A stretch of DNA of 42,406 nucleotides from Candidatus Thorarchaeota archaeon (lineage in GTDB: Archaea; Asgardarchaeota; Thorarchaeia; Thorarchaeales; Thorarchaeaceae): assembly GCA_048884945.1 (NCBI GenBank), contig JBHLQJ010000002.1, forward strand, positions 1 through 42,406. The letters are read 5' to 3'. Below are positions 8,271 through 17,747 of this stretch, in pieces. Made by a program: the position numbers and the translations under genes. The first letter of the stretch is position 1. Every line of letters starts with the position of its first letter. The notes under the pieces were generated by a model, which worked only from the letters and a program-made list of their open reading frames with translations, ran no database searches and was not told the DNA's origin.

Positions 8271-10292
8271 ATGGGCGACGATGAAGTATTCATCATAGGT
8301 TTCGACATATTGCCTTCATATAGTGCTTCCTCAAAGAAAGCACCGAAATTTGCTTGCGTGATTGCTAGAAATGAGATGGTCCTAAATGAGTTTCCCGAAC
8401 TATCTCGAGGCGCATTATTAAAACTGGTCCGTGAAGTCGTTCCTAAATGGCTGTGCACAGATAACATCTTTGAGATAGTTCCTGATACAAAATCTCTCTT
8501 TCAACTTGTAGATAAAATCCCAGCTGAAACCAAAATTGTCCAAGTAACCGGAATCCCACCACACCAAACGCCTCTCAAAATATTAGCAAAACGTCATGGT
8601 CTAATCTCCAGAGGTAAACCAAGTCCTCTGGAATCAGCTCGTATTGCAGCACAACTAGCGTCAAGAGGTATTGGTTACTCACTCGAATGCTTTGGAGAAC
8701 AGACTGAAATCAAAGTGACTCGAGCACGGAAACCTGGTCGTGGTGGGCAGAGTGCAAACAGATATCGTCGCAGAGTCCACTCAGAGATACAACAGATGAC
8801 CCGCTTCATAGAGTCCCAGTTGAAGGCTGCTGAAATCGAATACGACCTCGATACTCGCATATCTGATTTTGGTTATGCGAGTGCAAGAATTGTAACATAT
8901 GCCCCATTACCAGCAATTCGTAGTCTTGTTGAATCTAAACGTGGTGGGGATTTCAATGTAATCATCTCTCCTGTTCGAAAGAGAGTAGAATTTCTCTCAC
9001 TCGAACCCCGTCCTGCAGTTACAGACTTAAAACCAAAGTATTTCATTCTGGGCATTGACCCTGGAACAACAGCAGCCTATTGCTTATTGTCATTGGACGG
9101 GAAAATACTTGCATTGAGAAGTAAAAAGGGACTTACAAGAGCGGATCTTATCAGAGAGGTCTACGAGGATGGCATTCCTGCAATGGTTGCTTCGGATGTC
9201 CCACAGGCTCCTCACTTTGTTGATAAGATTACTAGTACGGTGAATGCCACCCTATTCACCCCCAAGAAACCAATTGCGGTCGCAGACAAACAGGAACTAG
9301 CTCGTGAATATGGTGGTGAAATAAAAATTCGAAATGCTCATGAACGTGATGCTATGACAGCAGCAATATTTGCGTTCAAGAGCCTTCTTCCCAAATTTCA
9401 ACAAATTGACAAAATAGTTCGTGAAGATAAACTCTCAGTTGACCGTAACCATCTCAAGGCATTAGTGATAAAGGGTGCTTCAATCAATGAAGCTTTAGCT
9501 AAGATAGAGAGTGAGGAATCAGAACCTGTAGAAAGTGTTCCTGAACGACCACAAGTCAAAGATGAACCTTTGACACAGGAACGTTTTGATGTAATAAAAT
9601 CAAAAATGGAGCATTTAGAATCTGAAAACAGACTCCTTGCAGAGAAGATTGATGACCTTAAACGGTTCGTAGAATATCTAAAGTTTAGAGAGAGCGAACT
9701 TAAAGAGAGTCTCGAAATAGTAAACCGCGAGAACCATTGGAAAATCAAACGAGACCGTGAAGTGGAGAAAATCAAGTCCACATTGAAGAAAACACAGCGG
9801 GAAACACACTCACTAAGAAGACAAGTAGATACCTTGAGCAAGCGTCTCGAACGTCTGAAGGGAGTCAAACGTCTAGAAATGCGCGGAGATATGCTAGCTG
9901 TAAAAACAATTCCTCACTTTACCCGCGAAAGTATTGAAGAATTCATGAAGAAAGTTGGTTTGAAGCGTGGTGATGTTGTCCTCTTTGAAGACGCCTCAGG
10001 TGGAGGTCCACAGACAGCAGGAATACTCATTGATCGAGAGATACGAGCTGTGGTTGTAGACACACCTCTCTCACATCTTCCACAAGATGTACTGATTAAA
10101 GCACTTATTCCAGTCATCAATGCCAAAGAAGTAGAGCTTCAACGAGTAGATGAATTTGCATTTATTAGTCGTGTGAAGTTTAATCAACAACTTCAAACAT
10201 TCATGCGAAATGTACGTGAACAAGCTAGACAAAAGGGAGAGGAGCAGCTAGTAGAGTTAGTGGAACGATATCGTCGCGAGATTGAGCGATAA
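8271..10292 (+). CDS. DUF460/COG2433-like protein: RNase H-fold (RuvC/YqgF-like) domain plus long coiled coil
   Basis: FILGIDPGTTAAYCLLSLDGKILAL is an RNase H-like first strand. An ERDAMTAA acidic motif follows, and the C-terminal ~200 aa are heptad-rich. ATG at 8271; an alternative GTG is at 8259. Confidence 0.6.
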   Translation: MGDDEVFIIGFDILPSYSASSKKAPKFACVIARNEMVLNEFPELSRGALLKLVREVVPKWLCTDNIFEIVPDTKSLFQLVDKIPAETKIVQVTGIPPHQTPLKILAKRHGLISRGKPSPLESARIAAQLASRGIGYSLECFGEQTEIKVTRARKPGRGGQSANRYRRRVHSEIQQMTRFIESQLKAAEIEYDLDTRISDFGYASARIVTYAPLPAIRSLVESKRGGDFNVIISPVRKRVEFLSLEPRPAVTDLKPKYFILGIDPGTTAAYCLLSLDGKILALRSKKGLTRADLIREVYEDGIPAMVASDVPQAPHFVDKITSTVNATLFTPKKPIAVADKQELAREYGGEIKIRNAHERDAMTAAIFAFKSLLPKFQQIDKIVREDKLSVDRNHLKALVIKGASINEALAKIESEESEPVESVPERPQVKDEPLTQERFDVIKSKMEHLESENRLLAEKIDDLKRFVEYLKFRESELKESLEIVNRENHWKIKRDREVEKIKSTLKKTQRETHSLRRQVDTLSKRLERLKGVKRLEMRGDMLAVKTIPHFTRESIEEFMKKVGLKRGDVVLFEDASGGGPQTAGILIDREIRAVVVDTPLSHLPQDVLIKALIPVINAKEVELQRVDEFAFISRVKFNQQLQTFMRNVREQARQKGEEQLVELVERYRREIER

Positions 10293-10335
10293 ACTCACTG
10301 AGTGATGAATACACTCAAAGTCTGCACGAACCTGG

Positions 10336-10563
10336 TTAATCAGGAATCTGAATCCACAGGATATTGTTGCCTCTTATCAGAACTTGACCATACTTAGCTT
10401 TGATTTCATCCTCTTCAAGTTCCTCTGCATCTGCAAGTGTGAGATTCATGTACATGTCACACCGTGTTATGCGCCCTCGAAAGATTCTCTGGTCTTTCAA
10501 TTTTATCGAAACAATATCATTGAGTTGTTGTTCTAAGGCTTTTATCGGCATTTTCTCAGGCAC
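10336..10563 (-). CDS. Sm-like archaeal protein (SmAP/LSm)
   Basis: Sm1/Sm2 pattern (IVSIKLKDQRIFRGRITRCDMYMNLTLADAEE ... VLIRGNNILWI). GTG start preceded by GAGGTG. Confidence 0.85.
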   Translation of the reverse strand: MPEKMPIKALEQQLNDIVSIKLKDQRIFRGRITRCDMYMNLTLADAEELEEDEIKAKYGQVLIRGNNILWIQIPD

Positions 10564-10708
10564 TTAGGACACCTCTCAAGAGAGGCCCTCTGAGTGTATT
10601 ATAAAGCCTTTGCTAGATACGATACATGTCAACATGGTCCAAGCGTAAGAGTCAACTTATGTTGATACACACGATTTACTAGAACATATCTACTCGGGTT
10701 ACCATAAA

Positions 10709-11695
10709 ATGACACTCTACTGTCTAGGAATCGAAGGAACTGCACACTCATTTGGTGCTGGCATCGTTACAAGTGAAGGTAAGGTTCTATCAAATGAATG
10801 GGACATGCTTAAACCCGCTCAAGGCGGTATCCATCCACGCGAGGCTAGTCGTCATCATTCAGAGTTGGGTCCAAAAATAATCAAAGATGCGGTTCAGAAA
10901 GCTGGAATTGATTTTCAAGAAATAGATCTTATTGCCTTCTCTCGAGGTCCTGGATTGGGTCCATGTCTCAGAACTACTGCCACCATTGCCAGAACTCTCT
11001 CTCTCAAATTGAAGATTCCACTTGTTGATGTCAACCACTGCGTTGCTCATATTGAGATTGGCTGTCTAGAATCCAACTTCAATGATCCAGTAACAGTCTA
11101 TGTTTCTGGTGGGAACACACAAGTCATCGCTTTTGCAGGTGGTCGATTCAGGACTTTCGGTGAAACTCTAGACATTGCAATTGGGAATATGTTGGATGTT
11201 CTTGGTCGAGAGTTAGGAATGGATTTCCCTGGTGGCCCTATCATAGAAAAGCATGCTAAGAACGGCCAGGAATATCACAATCTTCCTTACTCAGTAAAAG
11301 GGATGGACCTGAGCTACTCAGGTCTGCTTACTGCTGCAAAAAAGCTCTATTCAGAAGGTGTTTCTATACCAGATATCTGTTATAGTGTACAAGAAACCTC
11401 TTTCGGGATGCTTGCAGAGGTAGCGGAGCGTGCAATAGCACACACCAAGAAGAGAGAGCTGCTCCTGACTGGTGGAGTTGCTCGTAATAGTCGACTTACT
11501 GAGATATTATCAGGTGTAGCAAAAAGACATGAAGCTAAGTTCCATCGAGTATCTCCTTCCTTAGCTGGTGATCAAGGTGCAATGATTGCTTGGAATGGAA
11601 TTCTTCAGTATAATACAGGTCATCAAATCAAAGTAGAGAATTCTCACGTGCTACCAAAATGGCGCACTGACGACCAAGATATTTTATGGAGGTAG
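10709..11695 (+). CDS. kae1: Kae1, tRNA N6-adenosine threonylcarbamoyltransferase (KEOPS)
   Basis: CLGIEGTAHSFGAGIV, HCVAHIE, YVSGGNTQV and LTGGVARN motifs. Confidence 0.9.
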   Translation: MTLYCLGIEGTAHSFGAGIVTSEGKVLSNEWDMLKPAQGGIHPREASRHHSELGPKIIKDAVQKAGIDFQEIDLIAFSRGPGLGPCLRTTATIARTLSLKLKIPLVDVNHCVAHIEIGCLESNFNDPVTVYVSGGNTQVIAFAGGRFRTFGETLDIAIGNMLDVLGRELGMDFPGGPIIEKHAKNGQEYHNLPYSVKGMDLSYSGLLTAAKKLYSEGVSIPDICYSVQETSFGMLAEVAERAIAHTKKRELLLTGGVARNSRLTEILSGVAKRHEAKFHRVSPSLAGDQGAMIAWNGILQYNTGHQIKVENSHVLPKWRTDDQDILWR

Positions 11696-11700
11696 ATAAG

Positions 11701-12327
11701 ATGAAACAGATGATAGCAAGAGGTGCAGAGTCAGTCATTTACAAGATTGAGCAATGGGGGCTCCCATTTGTACTAAAATGGCGCCAAGGCAAATCCTACC
11801 TCTTGAGAGAAATAGACTCACAGCTCAGAAAATTACGAACCAGTCGAGAATGCAAGATGTTGACAATATCACGAGCACTTGGAGTACCTACACCAGCTGT
11901 TTATTCTGTCGACCTTGAAAACTATACAATTCTAATGGATTTCATAGCAGGTGTCCAATTCAAACAACTAGCACCACAGCTCTCCCGAACTGATTTAGTT
12001 TCTCATTGTCATAGATTTGGCAAGCTAATTGCTTTACTTCATGAAGGTAATGTCGTTCATGGGGATCCAACTACAAGTAATATCATTGTAGATGAAAAAT
12101 CGCGTCTGTGGATTGTTGATTTTGGCCTGTCGGAGATGAATGCTACAGTTGAGATGAAGGGCGTTGACCTACATCTAATTCAACGCGCACTAGAAACCAC
12201 TCACTGGGACATTCAAGAGGATATGTTAAATGCTACTCTTGAGGGCTATGTTGACATACTAAAAAATGACGCAGAACCAACACTAGCAAGGATGAGTGAA
12301 ATCCGAGAACGTGGCAGATATCATTGA
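11701..12327 (+). CDS. bud32: Bud32/PRPK atypical kinase (KEOPS)
   Basis: IARGAESVIYK glycine-loop analogue, HGDPTTSNII catalytic loop and IVDFGLS. ATG at 11701 follows GGAGG at 11688-11692. The track start at 11686 overlaps kae1. Confidence 0.8.
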   Translation: MKQMIARGAESVIYKIEQWGLPFVLKWRQGKSYLLREIDSQLRKLRTSRECKMLTISRALGVPTPAVYSVDLENYTILMDFIAGVQFKQLAPQLSRTDLVSHCHRFGKLIALLHEGNVVHGDPTTSNIIVDEKSRLWIVDFGLSEMNATVEMKGVDLHLIQRALETTHWDIQEDMLNATLEGYVDILKNDAEPTLARMSEIRERGRYH

Positions 12328-12447
12328 TAATTCTGCAGACTATTATTCAATGAAATTGCTAACCACAAGGTAATCTTTATATCCACAGTCTTAAGCCGTG
12401 GTGCAGACCCGTCTTCTGAGGGTATATTGGACTTAGAGGTAGTTCCA

Positions 12448-12909
12448 ATGGCAAGGATGCACACAAGACGCAAAGGCGAATCAGGTAGCAAACGTCCTTC
12501 AACATTGAGGGTCCCTGAGTGGATAGAGAAAGAAAAAGATGCTCAGTGGGTAGAAACCAAGGTGATTGAACTTGCCAAAGCTGGAAATACTCCTTCTACG
12601 ATAGGCCAAACCCTCCGGGATCAATATGGAATTCCTCTGGTTCGGGTGATTACTGGAAAACGAATATTGGATATACTTCGCGAGAATGATCTTGAGAGGC
12701 GTGTCCCTGAAGACCTTCGAAATATGATTGCAAAGGCTGCTACATTGCGAAGACACATGGAAGAGAACAAAACAGATTACGTGACCAAAAGAGGTCTTCA
12801 ACTGGTCGAAAGCAAAATCCACCGACTATCGAAATACTATCGCAAAAAGAGAGTTTTGCCTGCAGATTGGAGATACAGTCCTGACCAAGCAGCCGTTCTT
12901 TTGAGATAG
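12448..12909 (+). CDS. rps15: ribosomal protein uS15 (S15P/S13e)
   Basis: The MARMHTRRKGESGSKRP N-terminus is typical of archaeal S15. The track start at 12427 is probably too early. Confidence 0.9.
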   Translation: MARMHTRRKGESGSKRPSTLRVPEWIEKEKDAQWVETKVIELAKAGNTPSTIGQTLRDQYGIPLVRVITGKRILDILRENDLERRVPEDLRNMIAKAATLRRHMEENKTDYVTKRGLQLVESKIHRLSKYYRKKRVLPADWRYSPDQAAVLLR

Positions 12910-12942
12910 TTTTATCATCGACGAGAAACTTGTTTTCATGAG

Positions 12943-14289
12943 ATGAGTAAGAACACACGTAGCTCAGTTTCCCTCACATCGTTGAAAAAACAGTGTGCTG
13001 AGCTGACACTCAAAGATACCAAGCAAGTGTTTCTAGTATCTTCTCCTTATACAAGTTCAACGCTTGCCACTGCAATATTGTGCAGAGCCATTATGAAATC
13101 AAACAAGGCATTTCATATGTCATTTGAAACTCCTATCCTGAATCTGGATAAGGTCAATGAAATTCGAGTCAATCATGAGAAGGCGTTAGTTATTTTTGTT
13201 GGTATTGATACTATAGGGAAGAAAAAACTACGGAAAACTAAAAGTTACCCAATATTTGTTGGTGGAACTTCAGAATCAGAGCAAGTCAACTCACTAACTT
13301 TTGGAGCTAATAATACAGTACCTGCAACAGCCTACGTACTCGCAGATGAACATCTTTCAACCGATTACTATGAGCTACAGATGGCTGCTGCTGCAACATT
13401 ATTACTTGATGAGTCTGCTCAATCATCACCCAAAGCAAACAAAGAGATAGTTGAACAAGCCAAAGGACAAAATTTGATAGAAGAAAGGAAAGGAGTTAGA
13501 CTGTTTGGTTTTGGATTCTTACCACTTGATGAATTGTTTCTATATAGTACACGTCCATTCATTCAAGGCTTAAGTGGGGATCAGAAGGCCTGTGACATGT
13601 TACTAAACGAAGCTGAAATTCCAGTCACAAAACTTCGTTCTCCGATGAGCGCATTGAGTAACGCTGAAGCTCAACATCTTACTCAGCATTTAACATCTAA
13701 ACTGCTAGATATGATTGGGCCAAGCATTATTCCTCATATTCTTGGAACTGATTACATTTTATCACATGAAAATGAAACCAGTCCACTCAGATACTTATCG
13801 GGATTAGAAGCCATTGCAGAAACTGCTTGGGCTCGACAGGAACAAGGTGCATCGATGAGTGTGTGGATCGGAGACCGCGGGCGAGCTCTACGGACTGTAA
13901 TTGATACACATCTAATTCATCAAAAAGATGTTATTTCAACAATACGACGACTGGAATCCAAGTTAAAGGGCACATCAACCGAAGTAAGTGCTTCACTCGA
14001 GATTGCTGGTGTTCAAAGTAATCTGTTGACCGATGTAGGCCGTATTGCTCTACAGAGTGGTATAGTGAATAAAGAACGCCCATTACTGATTAGTAACGAT
14101 GAATCAACCTTGGCTTTATGGGCTTATGAGAAAACGGAGATGAATCAAGTTCTTTATTCTGTCCAAAAGAAGAATCTGAATCCAGTACTAACCTCAGCAA
14201 AATCACTCATGTTCAAAAGACTTTCAGAAGAGTTAAGAGAAGATGTACTCAAATCAATCAATCCAAAATTTAGGGAGGCTCAATCTTGA
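12943..14289 (+). CDS. RecJ/GAN/Cdc45-like protein with degenerate DHH catalytic motifs
   Basis: By my recollection it is collinear with archaeal RecJ/GAN (VFLVSSPYTSSTLATAILCRAI; ALVIFVGIDTIG; VRLFGFGFLPLDELFLYSTRPFIQGLSGDQKACDML). The DxD, DHH and GGGH residues are not present. It follows rps15, as in some archaeal genomes. Confidence 0.55.
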   Translation: MSKNTRSSVSLTSLKKQCAELTLKDTKQVFLVSSPYTSSTLATAILCRAIMKSNKAFHMSFETPILNLDKVNEIRVNHEKALVIFVGIDTIGKKKLRKTKSYPIFVGGTSESEQVNSLTFGANNTVPATAYVLADEHLSTDYYELQMAAAATLLLDESAQSSPKANKEIVEQAKGQNLIEERKGVRLFGFGFLPLDELFLYSTRPFIQGLSGDQKACDMLLNEAEIPVTKLRSPMSALSNAEAQHLTQHLTSKLLDMIGPSIIPHILGTDYILSHENETSPLRYLSGLEAIAETAWARQEQGASMSVWIGDRGRALRTVIDTHLIHQKDVISTIRRLESKLKGTSTEVSASLEIAGVQSNLLTDVGRIALQSGIVNKERPLLISNDESTLALWAYEKTEMNQVLYSVQKKNLNPVLTSAKSLMFKRLSEELREDVLKSINPKFREAQS

Positions 14290-14525
14290 CTGTCAAAATT
14301 CAATTACAGTTTCAATCTGAAGAAGAAGCAAGAAGGACACTTTCAGCTATCTCTCCAGATAATACTCCATTACCAGAAGGTCTTCTGATTGAGTGTTTGC
14401 TTGATAATCGGGAATTAACAATTACAGTAAAGTCCTCACGCAGTTTAGATAGTTTAGCTGCTACACTAGAAGATATAATGAGTGCTATTGATCTTTCATT
14501 AAGAGCATCTGAATCTATTAATTGA
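14286..14525 (+). CDS. pcc1: Pcc1-like KEOPS subunit
   Basis: 79 aa with a beta-alpha-beta pattern (KIQLQFQSEEEARRTLSAISPDN...LTITVKSSRSLDSLAATLEDIMSAIDL). The TTG start overlaps the upstream stop. GGGAGG SD at 14273-14278. Confidence 0.55.
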   Translation: MTVKIQLQFQSEEEARRTLSAISPDNTPLPEGLLIECLLDNRELTITVKSSRSLDSLAATLEDIMSAIDLSLRASESIN

Positions 14526-14565
14526 TTATCCAAACCCGTGAGCTTCAAATAGACTCGGAACTCGG

Positions 14566-16020
14566 TTAGTTTGATGCAGCGAGTTCATCGCATATCGTCT
14601 GAGCTTTTGAATGTGATTGATCAGCCATTTCTTGTGTAATGAACCCTCGCTGGACTGCTTTCTTTAGAAGATGCTGATCTATGATGCGGGGATCTTCAGT
14701 GATTGGTGCTTTAACGACATCAATTTCAAGGTCAACATATCGTATTCTTCCGGGACTATTTCCATTGCTTGGATAGACCTCAACACCCGTGTTAATGTTG
14801 ACATAAGTGCCTTTAAGACTACCATCGCGGGAGTAATAGTTAGTCAGCAGAGAGAATGCTCCTGGAATCACTTGGGTCAGTGCATAGTCGCCCTCACTAC
14901 TCACTACATCAACACCCTCATACGAATCCTGATTCATCTTCAGTTTCCTATTTGTGTGTCTAAATTGTCTTCTAATAACGAATCCTTTAGAATTAGTTTC
15001 AGCAATTCTTCCTCTAGCAAGTACAATATTCCTGCCATCAAGTTTCACATGTTCTATGTTGATTGAATCATCAACACGAGGCAAGTCGCGTGAAATCACC
15101 TTTTCAAGTTTGGAAACGACATAACCTCGGTCCTCAGGACGATCTTCAATAATCATCTCTGCAAGGTCGACAAGTGACGCATACCCAGCACTTTTGTAGA
15201 AGTGGTGCCGTTTTAATGTAGGTTTGATTTTTGCTCGTGTCTTATCGAGTGTGTCCTTCACCTCCGAAGGAAACTCAATATCTGCATTACTAGTGCCCTC
15301 AAACAAGATACCTGTTGATTCCAAGTCATTATACTTATTGAATACTTGTTGAGCTGTATCAAGAAGATCATCAACCTCATTACGCAGCTCTTCTTCAGTA
15401 AGTTTCCCCGCAGCAGTTCTCCATAATATTCCCCAGTTCTCTGCATGTTCTCTGATTTTACGACCAAGAATCAATAGATTTCTCCGAGAATCTTGATCCT
15501 TAATCTTTGTACTAAGACGTACAACAGGCTCAGGAAGGAGGACAGCTGCTTGCCCGGGAATGGTAATACTTGAGGACAGAACTGGAGCTTTCCGTCCATA
15601 GTCATGAGCTCGTATCTGAACCATAATCTGTTGTCCTCTTTGGAGTCCTCTGTCCGGTAATAATCCCGATATCGTTCCTAAGTCAATCTTTGTTTGTCCT
15701 GTTCTTTCATCTTTTCCGAGAACGATTCCTCTATAGATAGAACTCTTAGCAACTCTAGGTGTTCGAGTAATTACACCACCTAATCTTCGCCGCAACACTT
15801 CCGTTAGGCGACTCAGAACAGATTCAAACGCAATTGCTACAACACCTTGAAGGTCACTTCTGTCCCATATGTCCACATCTGGAATTTCACTACGATATGG
15901 GAGACCAAACCTTCTTGCCACTTCTGGAGTAGGCTGCACTATATCAAAATGATTTTGCAGCATAATCTGCGTCAACGACTGCGAATATATTCCTCGTATC
16001 CTCGCTTTTATCATGAACAA
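14566..16020 (-). CDS. FAU-1 / RNase E/G-like RNA-binding protein (C-terminal DUF402-like)
   Basis: The N-terminus MIKARIRGIYSQSLTQIMLQNHFDIVQPT resembles archaeal FAU-1. RYVDLEIDVV near the C-terminus. 484 aa. Confidence 0.65.
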   Translation of the reverse strand: MFMIKARIRGIYSQSLTQIMLQNHFDIVQPTPEVARRFGLPYRSEIPDVDIWDRSDLQGVVAIAFESVLSRLTEVLRRRLGGVITRTPRVAKSSIYRGIVLGKDERTGQTKIDLGTISGLLPDRGLQRGQQIMVQIRAHDYGRKAPVLSSSITIPGQAAVLLPEPVVRLSTKIKDQDSRRNLLILGRKIREHAENWGILWRTAAGKLTEEELRNEVDDLLDTAQQVFNKYNDLESTGILFEGTSNADIEFPSEVKDTLDKTRAKIKPTLKRHHFYKSAGYASLVDLAEMIIEDRPEDRGYVVSKLEKVISRDLPRVDDSINIEHVKLDGRNIVLARGRIAETNSKGFVIRRQFRHTNRKLKMNQDSYEGVDVVSSEGDYALTQVIPGAFSLLTNYYSRDGSLKGTYVNINTGVEVYPSNGNSPGRIRYVDLEIDVVKAPITEDPRIIDQHLLKKAVQRGFITQEMADQSHSKAQTICDELAASN

Positions 16021-16106
16021 ACACTGGCCCGGGAAATGGGTCCCATTCCATTACCTTACACGGTGCTGGCTGGTCTTTGTGGTTCACTACTACGTTCCAA
16101 ACAGAG

Positions 16107-16370
16107 CTAGTCACGAATCGGTTCCAGCAAGCTAGAAACATGCCATATCTTTGTCCGAGCATGGTTGGGACAGTTTGGGTCTTGGCTTGGCTCATCCAAG
16201 ATTGCTATTGCATTCTGTGCTCTCACAGCGGGAGAGTCTGTTTCAGTCTCAAGAACGGCGATTGCTTCATTTGCAGCGCGCCTAATGTTCCTGGGAACAG
16301 AGGAATCCTCCGATATTTGTTTTAGGAGGTGTTTAGACTGGTCGATGCTCTTCTGTGTTTCGGGGTCCAA
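16107..16370 (-). CDS. UPF0147-family small protein
   Basis: ISEDSSVPRNIRRAANEAIAVL ... AVRAQNAIAILDEPSQDPNCPNHARTKIW. The preferred start is TTG at 16370, preceded by GAGGTGA. The long track ORF to 16580 is hydrophobic with no SD. Confidence 0.65.
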   Translation of the reverse strand: MDPETQKSIDQSKHLLKQISEDSSVPRNIRRAANEAIAVLETETDSPAVRAQNAIAILDEPSQDPNCPNHARTKIWHVSSLLEPIRD

Positions 16371-16555
16371 TGGACTCACCTCTGAATGGTCTTTGCGCAC
16401 AAACGGAGTGCGAACAACAAGGACTCTCACTGTGTTAACCATATCAACGTTTTCATCAGACCTAACGAGTCTGCAAGTTATTAATAAAATCATAAACAGC
16501 TTCAAAAACAACGCAGCTTTCTTATATCCTATCAGATACTTTTGTTTGTGTGAGG

Positions 16556-16912
16556 ATGATGAGTGACAAAGATGACACATCTGTGAAGAGAATGGCTGAT
16601 CTTCTACGAAAAGGCGCTACAATGCTTGCAGATGCTTGTCCTCAATGTGGCTCTCCTCTTTTCAAAGTTAAAGACGACATTTATTGTGCTAAATGTGACA
16701 GACGAATAGTTTATGCACAGTCAGATGAGGAAGTAAAAGTTCAAGCAGTCAAGACACTGATTCCTGAACTCAGAGAGACCCTAATAAATAAACTAAAGAC
16801 CCTTAATCAAATCGTCGATAATGAAACAGACACTGAGGCTCTCACTAAACTTGCCAATCTAATGGTCCTACTGTTACAAGCACTACACGAACTCGAGAGA
16901 ATGGGAAACTGA
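16556..16912 (+). CDS. UPF0148 / autoantigen-p27-like zinc-ribbon protein
   Basis: MADLLRKGATMLADACPQCGSPLFKVKDDIYCAKCD. A TATA-like TTATAT about 27 nt upstream suggests a leaderless or near-leaderless ATG. The track start is GTG at 16550. Confidence 0.7.
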   Translation: MMSDKDDTSVKRMADLLRKGATMLADACPQCGSPLFKVKDDIYCAKCDRRIVYAQSDEEVKVQAVKTLIPELRETLINKLKTLNQIVDNETDTEALTKLANLMVLLLQALHELERMGN

Positions 16913-16929
16913 GAAATAACCAAAGCTCT

Positions 16930-17583
16930 CTAAAACTCTTTTTCAGCTGATGTACCTCTTCGAAGTCTGGCTCTTCGTATTTTGACCTCTTCTGGTCCCT
17001 TAAGCACCTTACTCTTTCGAATTTCGCACTGCCGAATTGGAATTATTTTCTTGACCTCTTCGTGAACCTCTGCAGCTAAATCTCCAAGAATCACCTTGGT
17101 GACAAGCTCATCAAAAACGTGCCTCTTTGCATGCGCTCGAATGACCTTCTCAGTGGCTTTTCTAACAGCATGCTCTTGGCTTGTCTTAGCTCGTGTGGTT
17201 GTAAACACAATTACAGAGATGCGCATCAAATAGTCGTCCTTGGTGAGGATTGGACCAATCCAATCAATTCTAGATGTACCTCTCCGAACTAACCCTCTCA
17301 GATAGTCTGAACTCCATTCATGTCCATAGAATACTGTCTTAGCCTGTTGTCCCGCAACTTCTAATATCTTAAAACGTAGTTTGACATGAATCCTATCAAA
17401 ATCCCCAGTCAGATCGTAGAGTGTGGGCTGTACAGTCCTTCCAATCATCTGTTCTGGAGCACCTGCAGGAGTCTTACCTATCTCTTTGTTATCGAAATAG
17501 TCTGGCGCAAGAATCTGATACCAGATTTTATCTCGCCATTTGTCCTTGGTCCTTGCCGCTGTCTGTCTACTTTTTGAGGACAT
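16930..17583 (-). CDS. rps3ae: ribosomal protein eS1 (S3Ae)
   Basis: MSSKSRQTAARTKDKWRDKIWYQILAP...HVKLRFKILEV. I trimmed the start to the ATG at 17583. The 65-aa track extension is hydrophobic junk. Confidence 0.9.
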   Translation of the reverse strand: MSSKSRQTAARTKDKWRDKIWYQILAPDYFDNKEIGKTPAGAPEQMIGRTVQPTLYDLTGDFDRIHVKLRFKILEVAGQQAKTVFYGHEWSSDYLRGLVRRGTSRIDWIGPILTKDDYLMRISVIVFTTTRAKTSQEHAVRKATEKVIRAHAKRHVFDELVTKVILGDLAAEVHEEVKKIIPIRQCEIRKSKVLKGPEEVKIRRARLRRGTSAEKEF

Positions 17584-17747
17584 TTGATTATCACACTCAT
17601 ACTGGAAAATCCAGAAAATCATGGATTGCTCTATGGTCTTGACCACAGAAACGCGCCGACAACTAAGGAGTCTAATAAAAACATTGTGACATGTCCTGAT
17701 ACAGATAGCAAAACTAGATATGATAATCATGTTTGGTGAGGCATGGG

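Noticed and set aside
9398-9868. Long antisense ORFs inside real genes (also 16165-16566, 26140-26649, 32912-33361, 37385-37789 and others)
   Set aside because: These are shadow ORFs opposite strongly supported CDS. Their composition is low-complexity (Ser/Arg/Leu-rich), and they have no motifs or SD sites.
10572-10585. Palindrome CCTCTCaaGAGAGG overlapping the SD of the Sm gene (possible SD-sequestering hairpin)
   Set aside because: The stem is at most 5 bp with a 4-nt loop. That is marginally stable and could arise by chance from the purine-rich SD.
16035-16047. Perfect 13-bp palindrome AATGGGtCCCATT just upstream of the FAU-1 start
   Set aside because: It is a single occurrence with a 1-nt centre, so it cannot form a hairpin. 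There is no second copy or conservation information, so it is too weak to call an operator.
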